NCBI GenBank assembly: GCA_028534125.1
Contig: CM052816.1
Coordinates: forward strand, 40,984,001-41,048,000
Direction: 5' to 3'
DNA: 64,000 bases
DNA from: Lama glama
Lineage: Eukaryota
Part shown: positions 25,801 to 39,390 of the stretch, piece by piece
Numbering within the stretch: the stretch's first letter is position 1
How the letters are laid out: each line of letters begins with the position of its first letter
Program-made: the position numbers and the translations under genes
The notes under the pieces: model-generated
What the model was told of the DNA's origin: nothing
Database searches by the model: none
Seen by the model: the letters and a program-made list of their open reading frames with translations, nothing else

Positions 25801-26189
25801 TGTTATAGACTGGACTGCGCCCCACCGCCCTACAACTCATAGGTTGAATCCCTAACCCCCAATATGACTGTACTTGAAGAGAGGCCCTTTAAGGAGGTAA
25901 TTAAAATTAAATGAGGTCATAAGAGTGGGGCCCTAATATGGTAGAAGCAGTGTCCACGTAAGAAGAGGAAGAGACACCAGAGTGAGCTCTCTGCACACAG
26001 AGGAGAGGCCGTGCAAGGACACACAAGAAGGAAACTATCCGCAAGCCAGAAAGAGAAGCTTCACTAGAACCTCTGCCAGCATCTTGATCTTGAACTTCCA
26101 GCCTCCAGAACTGTGAGAAAATAAATGTTTGTTCTCTAAGCCGTCCAATCTGTGGCCTTTTGTTATGCGAGCCCGAGGAAGCTAATTCA
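25801..26189 (+). mobile_element. MLT1A/B-like solo LTR
   Basis: TG...CA termini; 'tcttgatcttgaacttccagcctccagaactgtgagaaaataaat' is typical MLT1. Confidence 0.9.
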
Positions 26190-28359
26190 CTCATATTCAG
26201 CCCTCTTCTCTCTTCATGTCATGGCTGCCACCTTGACCTGAGTTTGCTGTATCATGCTTTTCCACCCCTCCAAAGAGAAGATATCCTGAGTTATTCTAAT
26301 TGTAATATTACCCATTTCCCCTGCAATTCATCAGTTTATAATGAACAGTTGGAGGATCATGTTATATAGATTTATTAGAAAATGATAGTGCAGCAAGATT
26401 TTGATGTGAAATATCCAGGGTAAGTATATCTTAAGCAATGTCTTTTAAAAGTTTATCCTTAAGGAGAAAAATATTAACAAAGTAGTGTCATTGTGTTTAT
26501 GGAAAGTGTGCCCAGAGATACATGAGCTATCTGGGAGGATGGTCATACCACAGTTAAGCCAGAGACAATGGCTTCAACTTTTCTGAAATGTGTGAATTAT
26601 TTATGACGAGCACTATCATTTTAATATAATCAAAATATATAAACTATATGTTATAATAATTATATTATTATTTGTAAAAATAAATATGCAAAATACAGAG
26701 AAAGAAGCAAGTGGGAAAGGAGATCAGATACATTTCCAACTAGAATTTAATATGCATGAAGGCATAAAGTATCTTATGACCTGTTTCTACTATATTCCTA
26801 GGGCTTTCACATTATAGATGCTCACCAAATACTTGTGAAAAGAGTCAGTGAATTTCAGAGCCAGGATAGTGCAAAAGGAGTAAAACAGACTAAATCCAAA
26901 AGACTGAGTTCCATTCCTGATTCTTTCAGTAACTCTGCAGAGCTATGTAACTCATTAAACGAAGCCCAGAATTATTTTTTACTTTCAATTAGTCGAATGA
27001 CAAGATTAAATTCACAGCTTGCCTTTGGACATGAACACTCTTAAGACTCAAGGAGAGAGAGTAACTTGTGCATGGGACTGATTGTTCTAATAAATAGCAA
27101 GCTTGCTCTCTAGTGGGTGGGAAACAGCCCTTGGACTAGGGCGCTGATGTATTCTTATCACCATCCATTAAATATACGTGATGACAAAGGATGAAAGAAA
27201 GCTGAGGTCACACGAGTTTGCACTGTAGGAACAATCTGTCCAGAAAAAATAGTAAAAATTAAAAAGTTAGTAAGCTATCATTTAAAAAATCTTTAAGATG
27301 TTTTGCCCATCACTAAATGTCTAAGGAAAACTTGCAAACAAACAAATATGCTGTTTCTGGGCTCTGATTTTGAAATATACTTTGAGGAAATGCTTAAAAG
27401 TCATTTTTTTCTTTTTAACACTAGAGGAACATTGATGAATAACTGCTCCAGTGTCTTGTATGTAATCTTCAAGAGTGAGTGTACTTGTAGATGCATGTAA
27501 TTTACTCTGGGAGCAGTTTATATACTGTGGCAATTAAACTTGTTTAAATAGTTTCCCAATATATGGTTGATAATGTTTATCAAATTAATCACAGTGATAT
27601 ATTTTTATATAATAAGTTAATGTATTTGCCATGATTTCAAATCCTCTAATTGCCTAAAGGTCACTCAGTTTCCCTTATTCATATCAATCTTTCCTTTCTT
27701 TCACATGCTCTCCTTTGACAGTATGAAAGAAACTGATTTTTAAGTAATTTTATCAACTAATGAATGACGGTAGTAACTAGAAAAAAAGAAGATTCCATTC
27801 ATTTCATTAAGCTCTTAAACATTCAAAGAATTTGATATGTCTGAAAGAAATATCTGATAGAAAATGGGAACTTCAAAATTTAGAGGCCATCAGAAAATGC
27901 TGAAAAAAATTTTTAAGAATACAAAACACAGGCATTTCCAAATGTGTAAATTTCTACAAAACACTCAAATTACATTTCATATTAAAATGACTTGAATTTA
28001 AGCTACATCTGACAGATGGGCTCTCCTGAATCTGGAAAATAATTGACACTGTGTATATTAATCACAATTGTATGAAAGTAAATTATTTTTAGCCTCCTCT
28101 CTACCAAGAAACACCACACTCACTCAGCCCACTTCCACATTTCAGTGGATAGCCAGAAGAGTGATCAGATAGAACACAGCTGGACACTGAAAGAAGATGT
28201 GTACGTATGGGTCCATTTGTTTATACGAGCCTACCTACAAAGTAGTGAGTGCATGTTTGTACTCCACTGTACTGTAGATACGGGACAGTTCTTTTTTTCT
28301 CATTGTTCCCACTGTCCGTCAGTCTTCTCCTAGGATAAAATTCCTCCTATTATCAGTTA

Positions 28360-28920
28360 AAGTCATACAATAAATATTCAATGAATTGTATTCAGCACCT
28401 ACTATGTGCCAGAGATTTTGTGATAGATACTCAAGATTTGTTAGTAAATAAGACAGACAGACATCTCTGCCCTGTGAAACTTGCCATGCAGTAGGAAAAG
28501 ACAAGAAACAAGTGCAGTATTACCAGCATGATCAGCATGGAAAACAAACACGCAAAGGAGAGGAATACAGTGCTATGGGAGTGTAGAGAGAGTCCATTTA
28601 ATTTACTTTAAAGAGACAGGGAGGACCTCAAAGAGTATGTTTGTGATAGGACTTACACTATTAGCAGCATTTAACCCGACAATGACAGGGAAGGAGCATT
28701 TTGGAAAGAGTGAAAATCCCAGTAGCCAGGGGAAAAAAAAAAAAAAAAGCAAGCAGAGCTCTGTAAGACATTCTAGCAGTCAGTACAAAAGGGAAGAGCA
28801 GGTCTGGAGATGATGCCAAGATAAGAGCATGAAGGTCCTCAAGCAAATGGGAGACAAAGAAAGATGAGGAAAGAGGTAAGAGTAGCTTTGCAGTACGTCA
28901 GAGATAAGAGAATATTTTCC
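28360..28920 (-). mobile_element. L2 LINE 3' fragment(s)
   Basis: 'attcaatgaattgtattcagcacctactatgtgccag' is the antisense L2 3' terminus. Confidence 0.7.
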
Positions 28921-31900
28921 AAAAAGTAATTTGCAATCTGTAAAAATATATCACACACAGGAAAGCATAAAAGCCATACTTGTAGGTCAACATGATATGA
29001 AGTAAAATTAATAGAATTGTATTATACACACCATATATAGCCTGACAAAAATATTTACAAGGTTTTAGTTCTATCTCCTATTTCAAAACCTTCACTATGA
29101 TGAAGTTGTCTTTAATAGCTAACCTTACCTCTCTTATTTTAACCTCTTATGGCAATAGAAAGTGTTGTAGATAAATATCTTATGAAAAATTTGATAAATA
29201 AAGAGAAAATACAAACTCACAAAAAAATTCAATAAAAAATACATCATGAACAGGTATAAAATAGGGGTTGATCTCAAAAAATAGAATTATTTGAGATCTC
29301 AAATTTTCAAATACATTATTCAAAAAGAAGGATTCAAAGAATTATTTATGTTCAGAGGACACTGGAGAAAACAGCCAGTTTAGGTCCTACATAGTTTCCT
29401 ACAAATGGATCATGTTATATTTATCTATAAATTTTTCCTTCTTAATGGCTCTAGATCAATTACTGTAAAACATTCTTAATGTAATTGTCTGAGTACAGAG
29501 TGTAATGCAAGTTCATATTTTCTTCTCTTGAGATGCTCAACTCTAAGTTACCTGTATGCAAAAATACCAACAAACAAGAAACATCTTATCATGTCAAACT
29601 GCATTGTAGTAAGATTCTGTGCTGTGCTGAGTTTCAAGCCACCGACATGATTTTTGGAGGAGGCACAATCATTCTGAAATGGTTGAACAATTTCGGCTGC
29701 TCCTTCATCAGAGATCAGACAAGGAAGCCAAGTGGCCCAGCAGGGGTTTGTGAGAATGCACATCTCAGGGGGACAGCTCACTTTAGCTCAATTAATAATC
29801 AGACCCTTTTCTTTTCCATCTTGCTAAGGAACCACAGATGGTAGAAGTTTGGATTTTTTCCCAGAAATGACTCTGAGAGCAAAGGCAGAAGAAGCAACTG
29901 GGGTTTTGTTCTACTTACACATGGCCCCATCTCGGTTTCCGTAAATACTGAAGTGACGAGCCCATTCAGAGAATCCTGTGCTATTTTCAGTCTCATCAAT
30001 GACTCACAAATGGCTGATGAGGGATTTTTCTTACCAAACCTGGCTACTGTCCGTATCTCAGAGGAAACTGCTGGGAAGGCTATGTTTCCTTTCTGTGGCT
30101 AACAGCAAAAGCTGAAAAGGAAAGGGGGTTTCAGGTACATTTTGATATGACAAGAATCAAACAGCCTATCAGGCATACTGCATCAACAAAGATGATTTTT
30201 CCCTAGGTAGGTCCAAATCTTCCCATCTTTTGGCTGTAGCAGTAAGACTGTATACTGATGTGGAAAAACAATGTCAATTTGTTTACAAGTACTCCAAATA
30301 CTACACACTGATTCTAGGGTTAGGAATGCTAATGCTGGACTGCTCTGATCCCTTTCCGTTGACAATATGTTAAAAGGCCTTTTATGTCTAGTCAGTCAGT
30401 GCTGATCACTGCTTGCACACTGTGAAAGGGATGTCTCAAAACACTTTCCATAACAGGCATCACACTAGAAGAGTGAACTTTCCACGCCTTTTCCTCTGAA
30501 AAAAAGTTACTGGAACATAGCTGTGCAAAGCAGTAAATCAAAGACAGAAACTGCCTTGAAAAGCCAACTAGAATGATTTTAGGAGGAACACTTGTTGAAA
30601 AAAAAAGTTTAATTTTGTTTACTGATTTTTAAAAATTTCAACTTTCTGTTTTCCATAGAAGAGAAGGGGAGCCTTAGATGCATAATAAAAATGTTTTTGC
30701 ATCTATCCTGTGAAACAAATGCTACTGGTGTCCCATCTCCTCACCTATCCCCTCACCTACCCCCAAATGTCACACAGAGACAATCTCTTGTTCTCTGGAC
30801 TTAGTAGTATTCTCTGCCAAGAAACAGGCCAGACATACCCAAAGTAATCCTCATGCAGTGAGGGAGCTAAGTCTGTGTGCAAGTTAGTCATCTCTCACGG
30901 GGACACTTCTGAGCTGTTTTCCATGCATTCTGTCACAGACCGCAGACAACACTGGCTGTAAGCTGCCCGCTCAGTAAGACACCCTTCATCCGCTGTGCTG
31001 TCCACCTCTCACAGTGCTTCCCGAGCGCTCCACCCAGCAAGCACTTACATCTGAACTGCTGTTTCGGGGTCTGACTTTGGGGAAGCCCAACCAGATGGTT
31101 CAACACAGCCAATCATCTCATGATAGTTCCAAGGTAATATTCTGGGGCAGTACTACTAACTTTCAAAAAATCTGTGGAAATTTTTCTTTTCAGATCTTAA
31201 TCGCTCAGACAAAAAGTTATTTGAGAAACACTCTGCTGTCTTCTTTGGCCCTGGCTTAACTCAGGATAAGATTTCCCTGGAAAGTAAGCCTTTGTGTTCA
31301 AGCAGAACAACAAACGGCAGTCCATCATCTCCACCTTGTGAGTTCCAAATCTTGCTTCTGTTGTTTTCCTTTTCGTCCTAGCTGTTTCTCTAATTTCACC
31401 TTTGCATATTGACAGAAAAGGACAGATAAGAAATACCAGGAATGGGAGTCTGAATAGAAAGGCCAAGTCCAATGAGCACTGAAAGTACAAATAACATAAA
31501 ATCACTAAGAGTGAAGGTGTGAGGTATTAAAGATACAATTTACAAGCACCACTCATCCATGTGAGTAGACAGAAGTCCAATATAAGGACACTGGTTCAAA
31601 TACAACAGAAACAGTTGGTAATAAGGAAGAAAGCAATCCAAGAATCATGAGCACAAATTCCCTTAAATTCTGCGTCCACCTGATAGAACCTGTTTAATCC
31701 TCATGATTCCATTCCATAATTACACAGCTTTGAAGTTTGACATTGAAGAGATTTTGCTAAATGTTTAAAATGAGATCAACAATTAAAGAATGCAGAAATT
31801 AGACCAGACCCTAGAAGGACAGTTTCTCTCCTTGTAGCAGTTGATACAGTATTGACTGATATGAATAATTTGTTGATACAAATAATATTTGGACAAATAA

Positions 31901-32095
31901 TAGCTGATACTAATAATTTGCATGAGGAATAAGCTGAGTACTTATTTCACATGATGTCTGACACAACAGAATAACATCAGGAACCAAAACGTGCCTTGTC
32001 ACCTGCCTTGCCAACTATCTTCATTTTTCTTTCATTTCTAGGAAACTGGTTGGTTGGCAGAGAAGGAACAGAAAATGTAATAATAAAATGCAAAA

Positions 32096-32823
32096 CCTAC
32101 ACTGCTGGTGGGAATACAGTTAGGTACAGCCACTGTGGAAAACAGTATGGAGATGCCTCAAAAGACTAGGAATAGACTTACCATATGACCCAGGAAACCC
32201 GCTCCTGGGCTTATATCCAGAAGGAACCCTACTTCAGGATGACACCTGCACCCCAGTGTTCATAGCAGCACTATTTACAATAGCCAAGACATGGAGACAG
32301 CCTAAATGTCCATCAACAGGTGACTGGATAAAGAAGAGGTGGTATATTTATCCAATGGAATACTGCTCAGCCATAAAAACCGACAACATAACGCCATTTG
32401 CAGCAACATGGATGTTCCTGGAGAATGTCATTCTAAGTGAAGTAAGCCAGAAAGAGAAAGAAAAACACCATATGAGATCGCTCATATGTGGAATCTAAAA
32501 AAAAAAAAAAACAGAAAACAAACAAAGTATAAATACAGAACAGAAATAGACTCATAGACATGGAATACAGACTTGTGGTTGCCAAGGGGGTGGGGGGTGG
32601 GAAGAGATAGACTGGGATTTCAAAATTGTAGAATAGATAAACAAGATTACACTGTATAGCACAGGGAAATATATACGAGATCTTATGGTAGCTCACAGAG
32701 AAAGGAATGTGACAATGAATATATATATATATGTTCATGTATAGTTGAAAAATTGTGCTAAACACTGGAATTTGACACAACATTGTAAAATGATTATAAA
32801 TCAATAAAAAATGTTAAAAAAAA
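32096..32823 (+). mobile_element. Relatively young 5'-truncated camelid-type L1 (ORF2 C-terminus, 3' UTR, polyA)
   Basis: Frame reads HCWWEYS*VQPLWKTVWRCLKRLGIDLPYDPGNPLLGLYP...FIAALFTIAKTWRQPKCPS (L1 ORF2 C-terminal region, one in-frame stop); G-rich 3' UTR; possible TSD AAAACCT. Confidence 0.95.
32256..32498 (+). pseudogene. L1 ORF2p C-terminal coding remnant
   Basis: MFIAALFTIAKTWRQPKCPSTGDWIKKRWYIYPMEYCSAIK... is a clear L1 ORF2 C-terminus; 5'-truncated. Confidence 0.93.
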
Positions 32824-34479
32824 CCTGAAACATTTTAAAACCTGAAAATAACCTTTTTTTTGATAATCTCCCCAAGTAAACATCCAACTTTGCAAAATTC
32901 TGCTTTCCTGACACACACCGAACACATTCTTGTCATTGTAATTAAGTTGCAAGGCACCTGCTAATACTGTACTTGCCACAACATGCCCAGAAAGAAAAAA
33001 CTGAAAAGATTATTAGTAGCTGTAGTAGTTGTTGAACCATACGTGCCGCCAAAGTGCGTAAAACTCCAGATCTGTTCACTACACACGTGGTGGCTTCATT
33101 TCTTAATGGGTATCTAGATCTTCGCCTCCACCTATTGGAAATTCTTTAAAAATCCTTAGCAATAAACATCCTTTCAGTATTAAGAATTATAAGAAATACT
33201 TTTTTTGAAAAATAAAGAATGCAGCACTTTTAATATCATTTCATGTTTCCTCACACATCAAACATTCAGTAGAGCGTTGAGGATTTTGTTACTTCATAAA
33301 GTGAGTTGCAGTGGTTCCCAGGTCATGTAAATAATCTGTACATATGGTTGGAAGAGTCTTCTTCCACTCTGCATCCTCACAGGTACCTATACTTATTACA
33401 GCTGCTGCAAGGTATCTTTGCAAAATGTTCGTTTTTAAAAAATAAAAACAAAAAAAGTACAAACTTTATTTTGTTTTTTTTATAAAGGCACCTCTTGGTT
33501 TTTCCCCCAACTATCTTAAGAAAATGTAATAGCTTCTCCTTGAACACAAAAGACCTCAAATCATAAAAAACAAAAATCCAAAGCCCAAAAAGAAACAATA
33601 GCAAACAAAAGGAGAAAGACAAAGACTTTTATGGGGTGTAAGATGGGAAACCTGGAGGGAGAGGTGAGGGCTTGAAGGTGGTGGAGAGTGGCAATTCTGA
33701 GAAGCAAGGTACACCCCAAGACCCTCACCAGAACTCCAACCCATGTAAATGCTTAAAGGAGAAAGAACAACAAAAAGAGGAATGGAAGGAAGGGGGAGGT
33801 AAAAATTGACGGTTGTAGGGACGGCTCTGGGGAGGGCAGAAATATCTTGGGGTTTTGTTTGATCCTCCCTGTTCTTAAAAACATGGTTCAGTGAAAAAGT
33901 GCTTTTCTGCAGAGAAAGGCCAAGCACCTCCGTACCGGCTTCCCCAGGTATCCTCGTGCTCTCACCCACTCCTGCCACCCCTGCCTGGATCTCGGGTTAG
34001 GTGGCTTTACTCAAAGGTTGAACGGGAACCTTAAGGAGGACCTTCAGTGCTGGACAATGTAGACTTTCAATTTTTATTCATGTCAGATTTCTGAGATTTT
34101 AGCAGTCCTCCCATCCATGCATAAAATCTTCCTCAGTGCCTTATACGCTGCCAGAATTCCAAGAAATTGAAAACCTGTGTTACGTCATCTGAATTTGGAA
34201 TAAGCTAAATTGTATCTGTCCCAGAATAGATCTGATTTTACAAAGATAGGAGCCAGATGATTCTGATGATCCATCATTCTGATCTGAAAAATACGATTAC
34301 CTCATCTCCCAGTCAAAAATTTCATTTGTTTACCATTCTCCCTAGAATAATAGTAAAACTTCTTTGACATGGCTCTTGATATGCTTCTATGGGACTAACT
34401 CTTCACCATCCTGTACTCAGCTTAAATAGATCTTCCTACAACAATCTTATATGGATTAGGTATCTTCGCTATGGTGAGC

Positions 34480-35245
34480 TCACCTTTGAGGCTTCTATTT
34501 CTTCACTGCCCTCGTGTCCAAATTAGCTGCAGTCCTTTTGATTCTAACTTTAAAATATATCCAAACCTATTCATCTATTCTTCATCTCCATCCTCCAGGC
34601 GACCATCACTTCTCACCAGGAATACCCCAATATTCTCCCTGTTTTCTCTTTCTGCTGTTCTACAATCCATTTTCCACATAGCAGACAGTGAGCTTCCAAA
34701 TATATAAATAAGATCAGACCATTTGCTGTGATTCTCAGCAGGTTTCCTACTGAACACAGCACAAAGGCTTTCTGTTGAACTTGGAAAGAAAAACTTGCTA
34801 CCGTAATCCACCATATATACGTGAACTAATTCCTGCCTATCACTCAGGCATAATTTCACATCTCCCCCTTGCTCACTTTTATTTTAATCACATATCTCTA
34901 TTTTCATCATCTAATTCCCTTTCTCAAGCACCCGAGACTCATTTTTCCCAGAATGACTTTCCTTAAATATTCCTCTGAATGAAGTGTTATTTTCCCAAAT
35001 CATTGACTGGTTGGCTCCTTTATGTTATTCAGGCTTCACTATCTAATTCAGCCACCCAGTATTGCTCAGTTACCTGACCTGTGTTATTTCCATTACTTTA
35101 CAAGGCCTGATATTTAAAAAATCATTGTATAATTACTCATAGTGATCTTATTGATGTTGTGATCAACTTCAAGGTCTAATCTTGACATGGAGGTTAGTTT
35201 TGTGACATAGTAGCTTTCAGTAAATATTTGATAAATGAATAAATT
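34480..35245 (+). mobile_element. L2 LINE fragments including 3' end
   Basis: 'ctacaatccattttccacatagcag' and terminal 'gtaaatatttgataaatgaataaa'. Confidence 0.65.
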
Positions 35246-35455
35246 GATGATTTTTTGAATGAATGGCATTTATTTTAATACTATACTATCATATGTATGC
35301 CTAATACAATGACCAACCATAATAGGTAATTGACAAATACATTTGATAAATGAATAAATTGATGATTTTTTGAATGAATGGCATTTATTTTAATACTATA
35401 CTATCATATGTATGCCTAATACAATGACCAACCATAATAGGTAATTGACAAATAC
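35226..35455. repeat. Perfect 115-bp tandem duplication
   Basis: 35226-35340 and 35341-35455 are identical on direct reading. Confidence 0.97.
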
Positions 35456-35744
35456 ATTTTGAATGAAAATCTGATTTTACTAAGTCTGTTTTTATTTTTA
35501 CAATGATTACAGCACCTAGTTCCCCTTTATCTATAGAAGATAATTAAATGTGTCTCTTTTTTATGCCAATCTATAGAATGGAAAGAAATGTCTAAAGGAG
35601 ATGACCTGCAAGTAGACCAAGTCTACCACAGAATCTGTGCTGACCAACAATGTGTCACTAGTACAGACAGGCCTGTACGATTATAAAAGTCTTCACACAA
35701 ATGTTGAGCAGAAACATATTGGTCTATGGGAAACAGAAAATTAA

Positions 35745-35971
35745 ATTGGGAGTCAGAGATTTGCAGATACTAACTACTATATATAAAATAAACAACAAGC
35801 TTATGCTGTATAGCACAGGGAACTATATTTAACATCTCATAGTAATCTATAATGAAAAAGAAACAAAAACAAATATGTCTATGTATATGTATGACTGAAC
35901 TATTATGCTGTACAACAGAGATTGACACAACATTGTAAACTGACTGCACTTCAATAAAAAATAAAATAAAA
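35745..35971 (+). mobile_element. Camelid/artiodactyl-type L1 3' tail
   Basis: 'gagatttgcagatactaactactatatataaaat...ctgtatagcacagggaactatat...ttgacacaacattgtaaactgact' plus A tail. Confidence 0.88.
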
Positions 35972-38320
35972 GTGATGTTCTAGTAAAAATAAATAGAGAT
36001 ACTGTCTATAATAGAGAATTTATAAATATTATTGAAATGAACAACTCTAAAGGACTAAACAATATAACAGAAAAGTTGCCACTGGAAACTAAGTTGGTGA
36101 GACAGAAGAGAGAGGCAAAGAAAAATGTTAGTACACATGCAATTTTGAGAACAAAAAGTTCAGTACAATATCACTTCTATTAAAGAAGGAAAATTAAACA
36201 AGGAAATTATAGTAAACACCAAGGTAAGCCTAACTCAAGAAAATTATAGTAAATATAAAAGGAGGAGGTAAAAAGCAGTGGCTGAGGTTTGATTTTAAAT
36301 TCAAAACAGTGGCCCCTCCTGGGAAGAAGAGTGAGATGGGATAATAGGCAAGAAATAGAGGTCAGAAATATCTCTATTTTTTTTAACGTCTCATAGGAAA
36401 AATTTATTCATGTATTACTTGTGCAATTTTTATGATAAAGCTATTGAGAGGGATGTGTGCATTCAGGCCTACAAATCTGGTAAGGGAATATTTGAAAAAT
36501 TTGCAATTGCGACCTGACAGTGCAGTAAGTTTTTTTCCTTTTTGTCAGAATAGGTAAGACTTACAGATTATGACCCTTGTTTTTAATCAAAAGCAGCCAA
36601 AATCAGTGCACCATTTTCTTTTACGATTGGCCATATATTATAATTGAAAAAAATGCATAGTGTACATAAAGCTCAGGAATAAAGTTCTGCTTTCTAGAAA
36701 CCCTTCTGGAACTCCTCCAGTGGGTTGGCCCTCCTAATCTATTTAGCATACTTCTAATGTGTCTCCTGTGCAGTGGGACTCTGCCACTGTGAGGACTGTA
36801 CGGACGAAGACCATGGGGAGGTTGTAAGTAGAGATTATTGTTGGCCACTATCTTTGCTCCAGAGAAAGTTTGTAATACAGGGTTAGGACACTTGATCATT
36901 TGCTGAATCATTAGACTGTTAGCATAAGTGTATAATCCATTGGAAAACTCTCTCTTTTTCTACTCCATTACCAAGTGAGTCAGTCTGGGATAAAATATCT
37001 GGGTCAGTAGGTGATGGAGATACTCAAAGACTTCTTCACAAAACCAGGCTGTAGAAAGACGCTAAAGTACTGTTTAGTAGGCCCATTTTCACGTAGGCAG
37101 CAGCAAAGGCAAATTTCTCCTGAAGGAAACCATCTTCACTCTATGTACTCAAAATTCCCACAAAGTAAGGAGAAAAAGCAGAGTAAATAAAAATCAATAC
37201 TCATATATTATAGAAAAGACTAAAAATATAGACAAGCCATAAAAGGTATTATAAAATTTACTGTTAATCTCATTATCCCGAGATAAGTCACACCTCCATT
37301 TGGAGTTTATTCCTTTACCCTTTTTATATGACTATGTGCAAATATATTTTTTATTTACAAATGTGGAAATACAGTTGATTTACTAAATTTTAATCTGTTT
37401 TATGTAATAAATTATAAATATATTTTCACAAAATGTTTCATCTTATTATTTTTAAAAAATTGAGATAAAATTTATAAGCACTATAATACAAAGCTTAGAT
37501 GTTTAGTTTGATGAGTTTTGATAATTACATGTGGCCATGTAATAACCATTCAAAGTAAGGAAGTAAATAAGAAAGATACAGAAAATTTTCATCTCTTTAG
37601 AAGGTTCCCTTATGACTTTCTTCAGTCAAGCCCAACCTTACCAGAGGTAACTACTTTCTGATTTTCAATACTAGGTTGATTCTGGTTATACTTCAAAAAA
37701 TGAGATCATAGAGTGTACATTCTCTTGCTCAACATAATACTTTTTGAGTCATGCATGCTTGAGTGTGTCAGTAGCTCACATCTCTTTATTTTTGAATATT
37801 TCATTATATGAACATATAATTTGCTCACCCACTTCTGCTTTTAGTGAATATTTCTAGTATCTTCAGTAAAGAAATTTTATGAATAAGGCTTGTGTAAATA
37901 CTCTTATAAAAGTCATCTTGTAGAGTTATGTTTTTATATCTCTTACATGATTAGTTAGAAGTGGAACTTCTGAGTCATAGAATAGTTGCACAATTAACTT
38001 TATAGGAGACCCGTTTTTCAAATGGATTGCACCATTTTATATTCCCATCAACGATGTCTCAGAATTCTAAGTTGCTCTAAAATATCACCAATATTTGGTA
38101 TTGCTGAAAAATAGAGTTAGTATTTTTTAATTTATTCACTCTGCTGGGTATAAAATTGTATCCTACTGCAATTTTAATTTGCATTATCTTGATGACTAAG
38201 AATGTTGAACACACTGTAAGTCACTTTCTGACTATTTGTATAATTTCTTTTGTGAAATACCCAAATTTTTTTACCCATTTTTAATTCTCCATTTGTCTTT
38301 TTATTTTGATTTGTAAAGCA

Positions 38321-38456
38321 CCGGACTTCTTTTTTGTAATTCTTAGTTTTATTTTCTGGGGTAGGTAATTAGGTTCATTTATTTATTTTTAGAGGAGGTG
38401 CAAGACCTTGTGCGTGCTAGGGCATACGCTCTACCACTTGAGCTATATCTTCCCTC
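38321..38456 (-). mobile_element. Camelid-type tRNA-derived SINE lacking the B-box segment
   Basis: 'ggtaattaggtt...ctctaccacttgagctatatcttccc'; 15-bp direct repeat TTGATTTGTAAAGCA (38306-38320 and 38457-38471). Confidence 0.85.
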
Positions 38457-39040
38457 TTGATTTGTAAAGCATTGGGATGTAACTCCCTGTAACATCTATG
38501 AAATACATGTAGTGCAAAAATACATCCTTTTCTGGGGCTTGCCTTTTTTGTTTTTTTCTTTCTAATTTTCCTTAACGAGAATTTTAAGTTTAGATGAAAT
38601 CCAATTTATCTATTCTTTTATGGATAGTGAATGTCATATCCTGTCTACAAAATCCATACTACAAGTTGCAAAATAGATTCTCACATGTTTTCTTATAGAA
38701 ATATTATTGTCTTAAATTTTATGTTTAGGTCTAAGAATGACCTTTAATTTTTGCTGACATTTTTTATTTGTTATATATGTTATAGATTTATGAATATCTA
38801 GTTGTTTCATTGTGATGTGTTAAAGGCTTTTTCCATTGGTTTAACTTAACAACTTTGTCAAAAATTATTTTATAATATTGTGTTTGTTAAGAGTCTTTAC
38901 TATATTTTATTGATATATTATTGTATATTATATATATATTATTATTGATACTTATACCAATTACACATTGTTCTAATTACTATAGGTTTATTATATGTCT
39001 CAGTATCAGATAATATAGATTCTCCAACTTTGTCCTTATT

Positions 39041-39390
39041 TATCTTAGTTTGAACTGTTATAATAAAATACCATGGTTAAAATCACAAACATTTGTTTAT
39101 CTCAGTTCTGAAGGTTCAGTCTCACATCAGGATGCCAGTAAGGTCAAGTTTCTGGTGAGAGCTCTCTTCCTGGTTTACAGACAGCTGTATTCTCTTGGTA
39201 TCTGCACATGGCAGAGAGAGAGAGAGATGTTGGTTCTCTTCCTCTTTTTACAAGGACATTGATCCCGTCATGAGGGCCCAACTCTAATTCTCTTCTGGAG
39301 GCCCACCTCCAAATACCATCACACTGGGGACTAGGGTTCTGCCATATAAATTTGGGGGCAAGGGACACAAAAATTCATTCCATAGGAGCA
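39041..39390 (-). mobile_element. MLT1A-like solo LTR
   Basis: 'ctctcttcctggtttacagacagc', 'ggcccacctccaaataccatcacactgggg', 'cattccatag'. Confidence 0.85.

Noticed and set aside
29289..29304. Perfect 16-bp palindrome ATTTGAGATCTCAAAT
   Set aside because: By rough estimate one or two palindromes of this length are expected by chance in 64 kb of AT-rich DNA, and there is no supporting structure.
31245..31350. Tiny plus-strand exon (ctcag|19 nt|gtaagc)
   Set aside because: Weak sites, competing alternative donors and no other support.
35226..35455. CRISPR-like or satellite array
   Set aside because: Only two units with no spacers, in a mammalian context.
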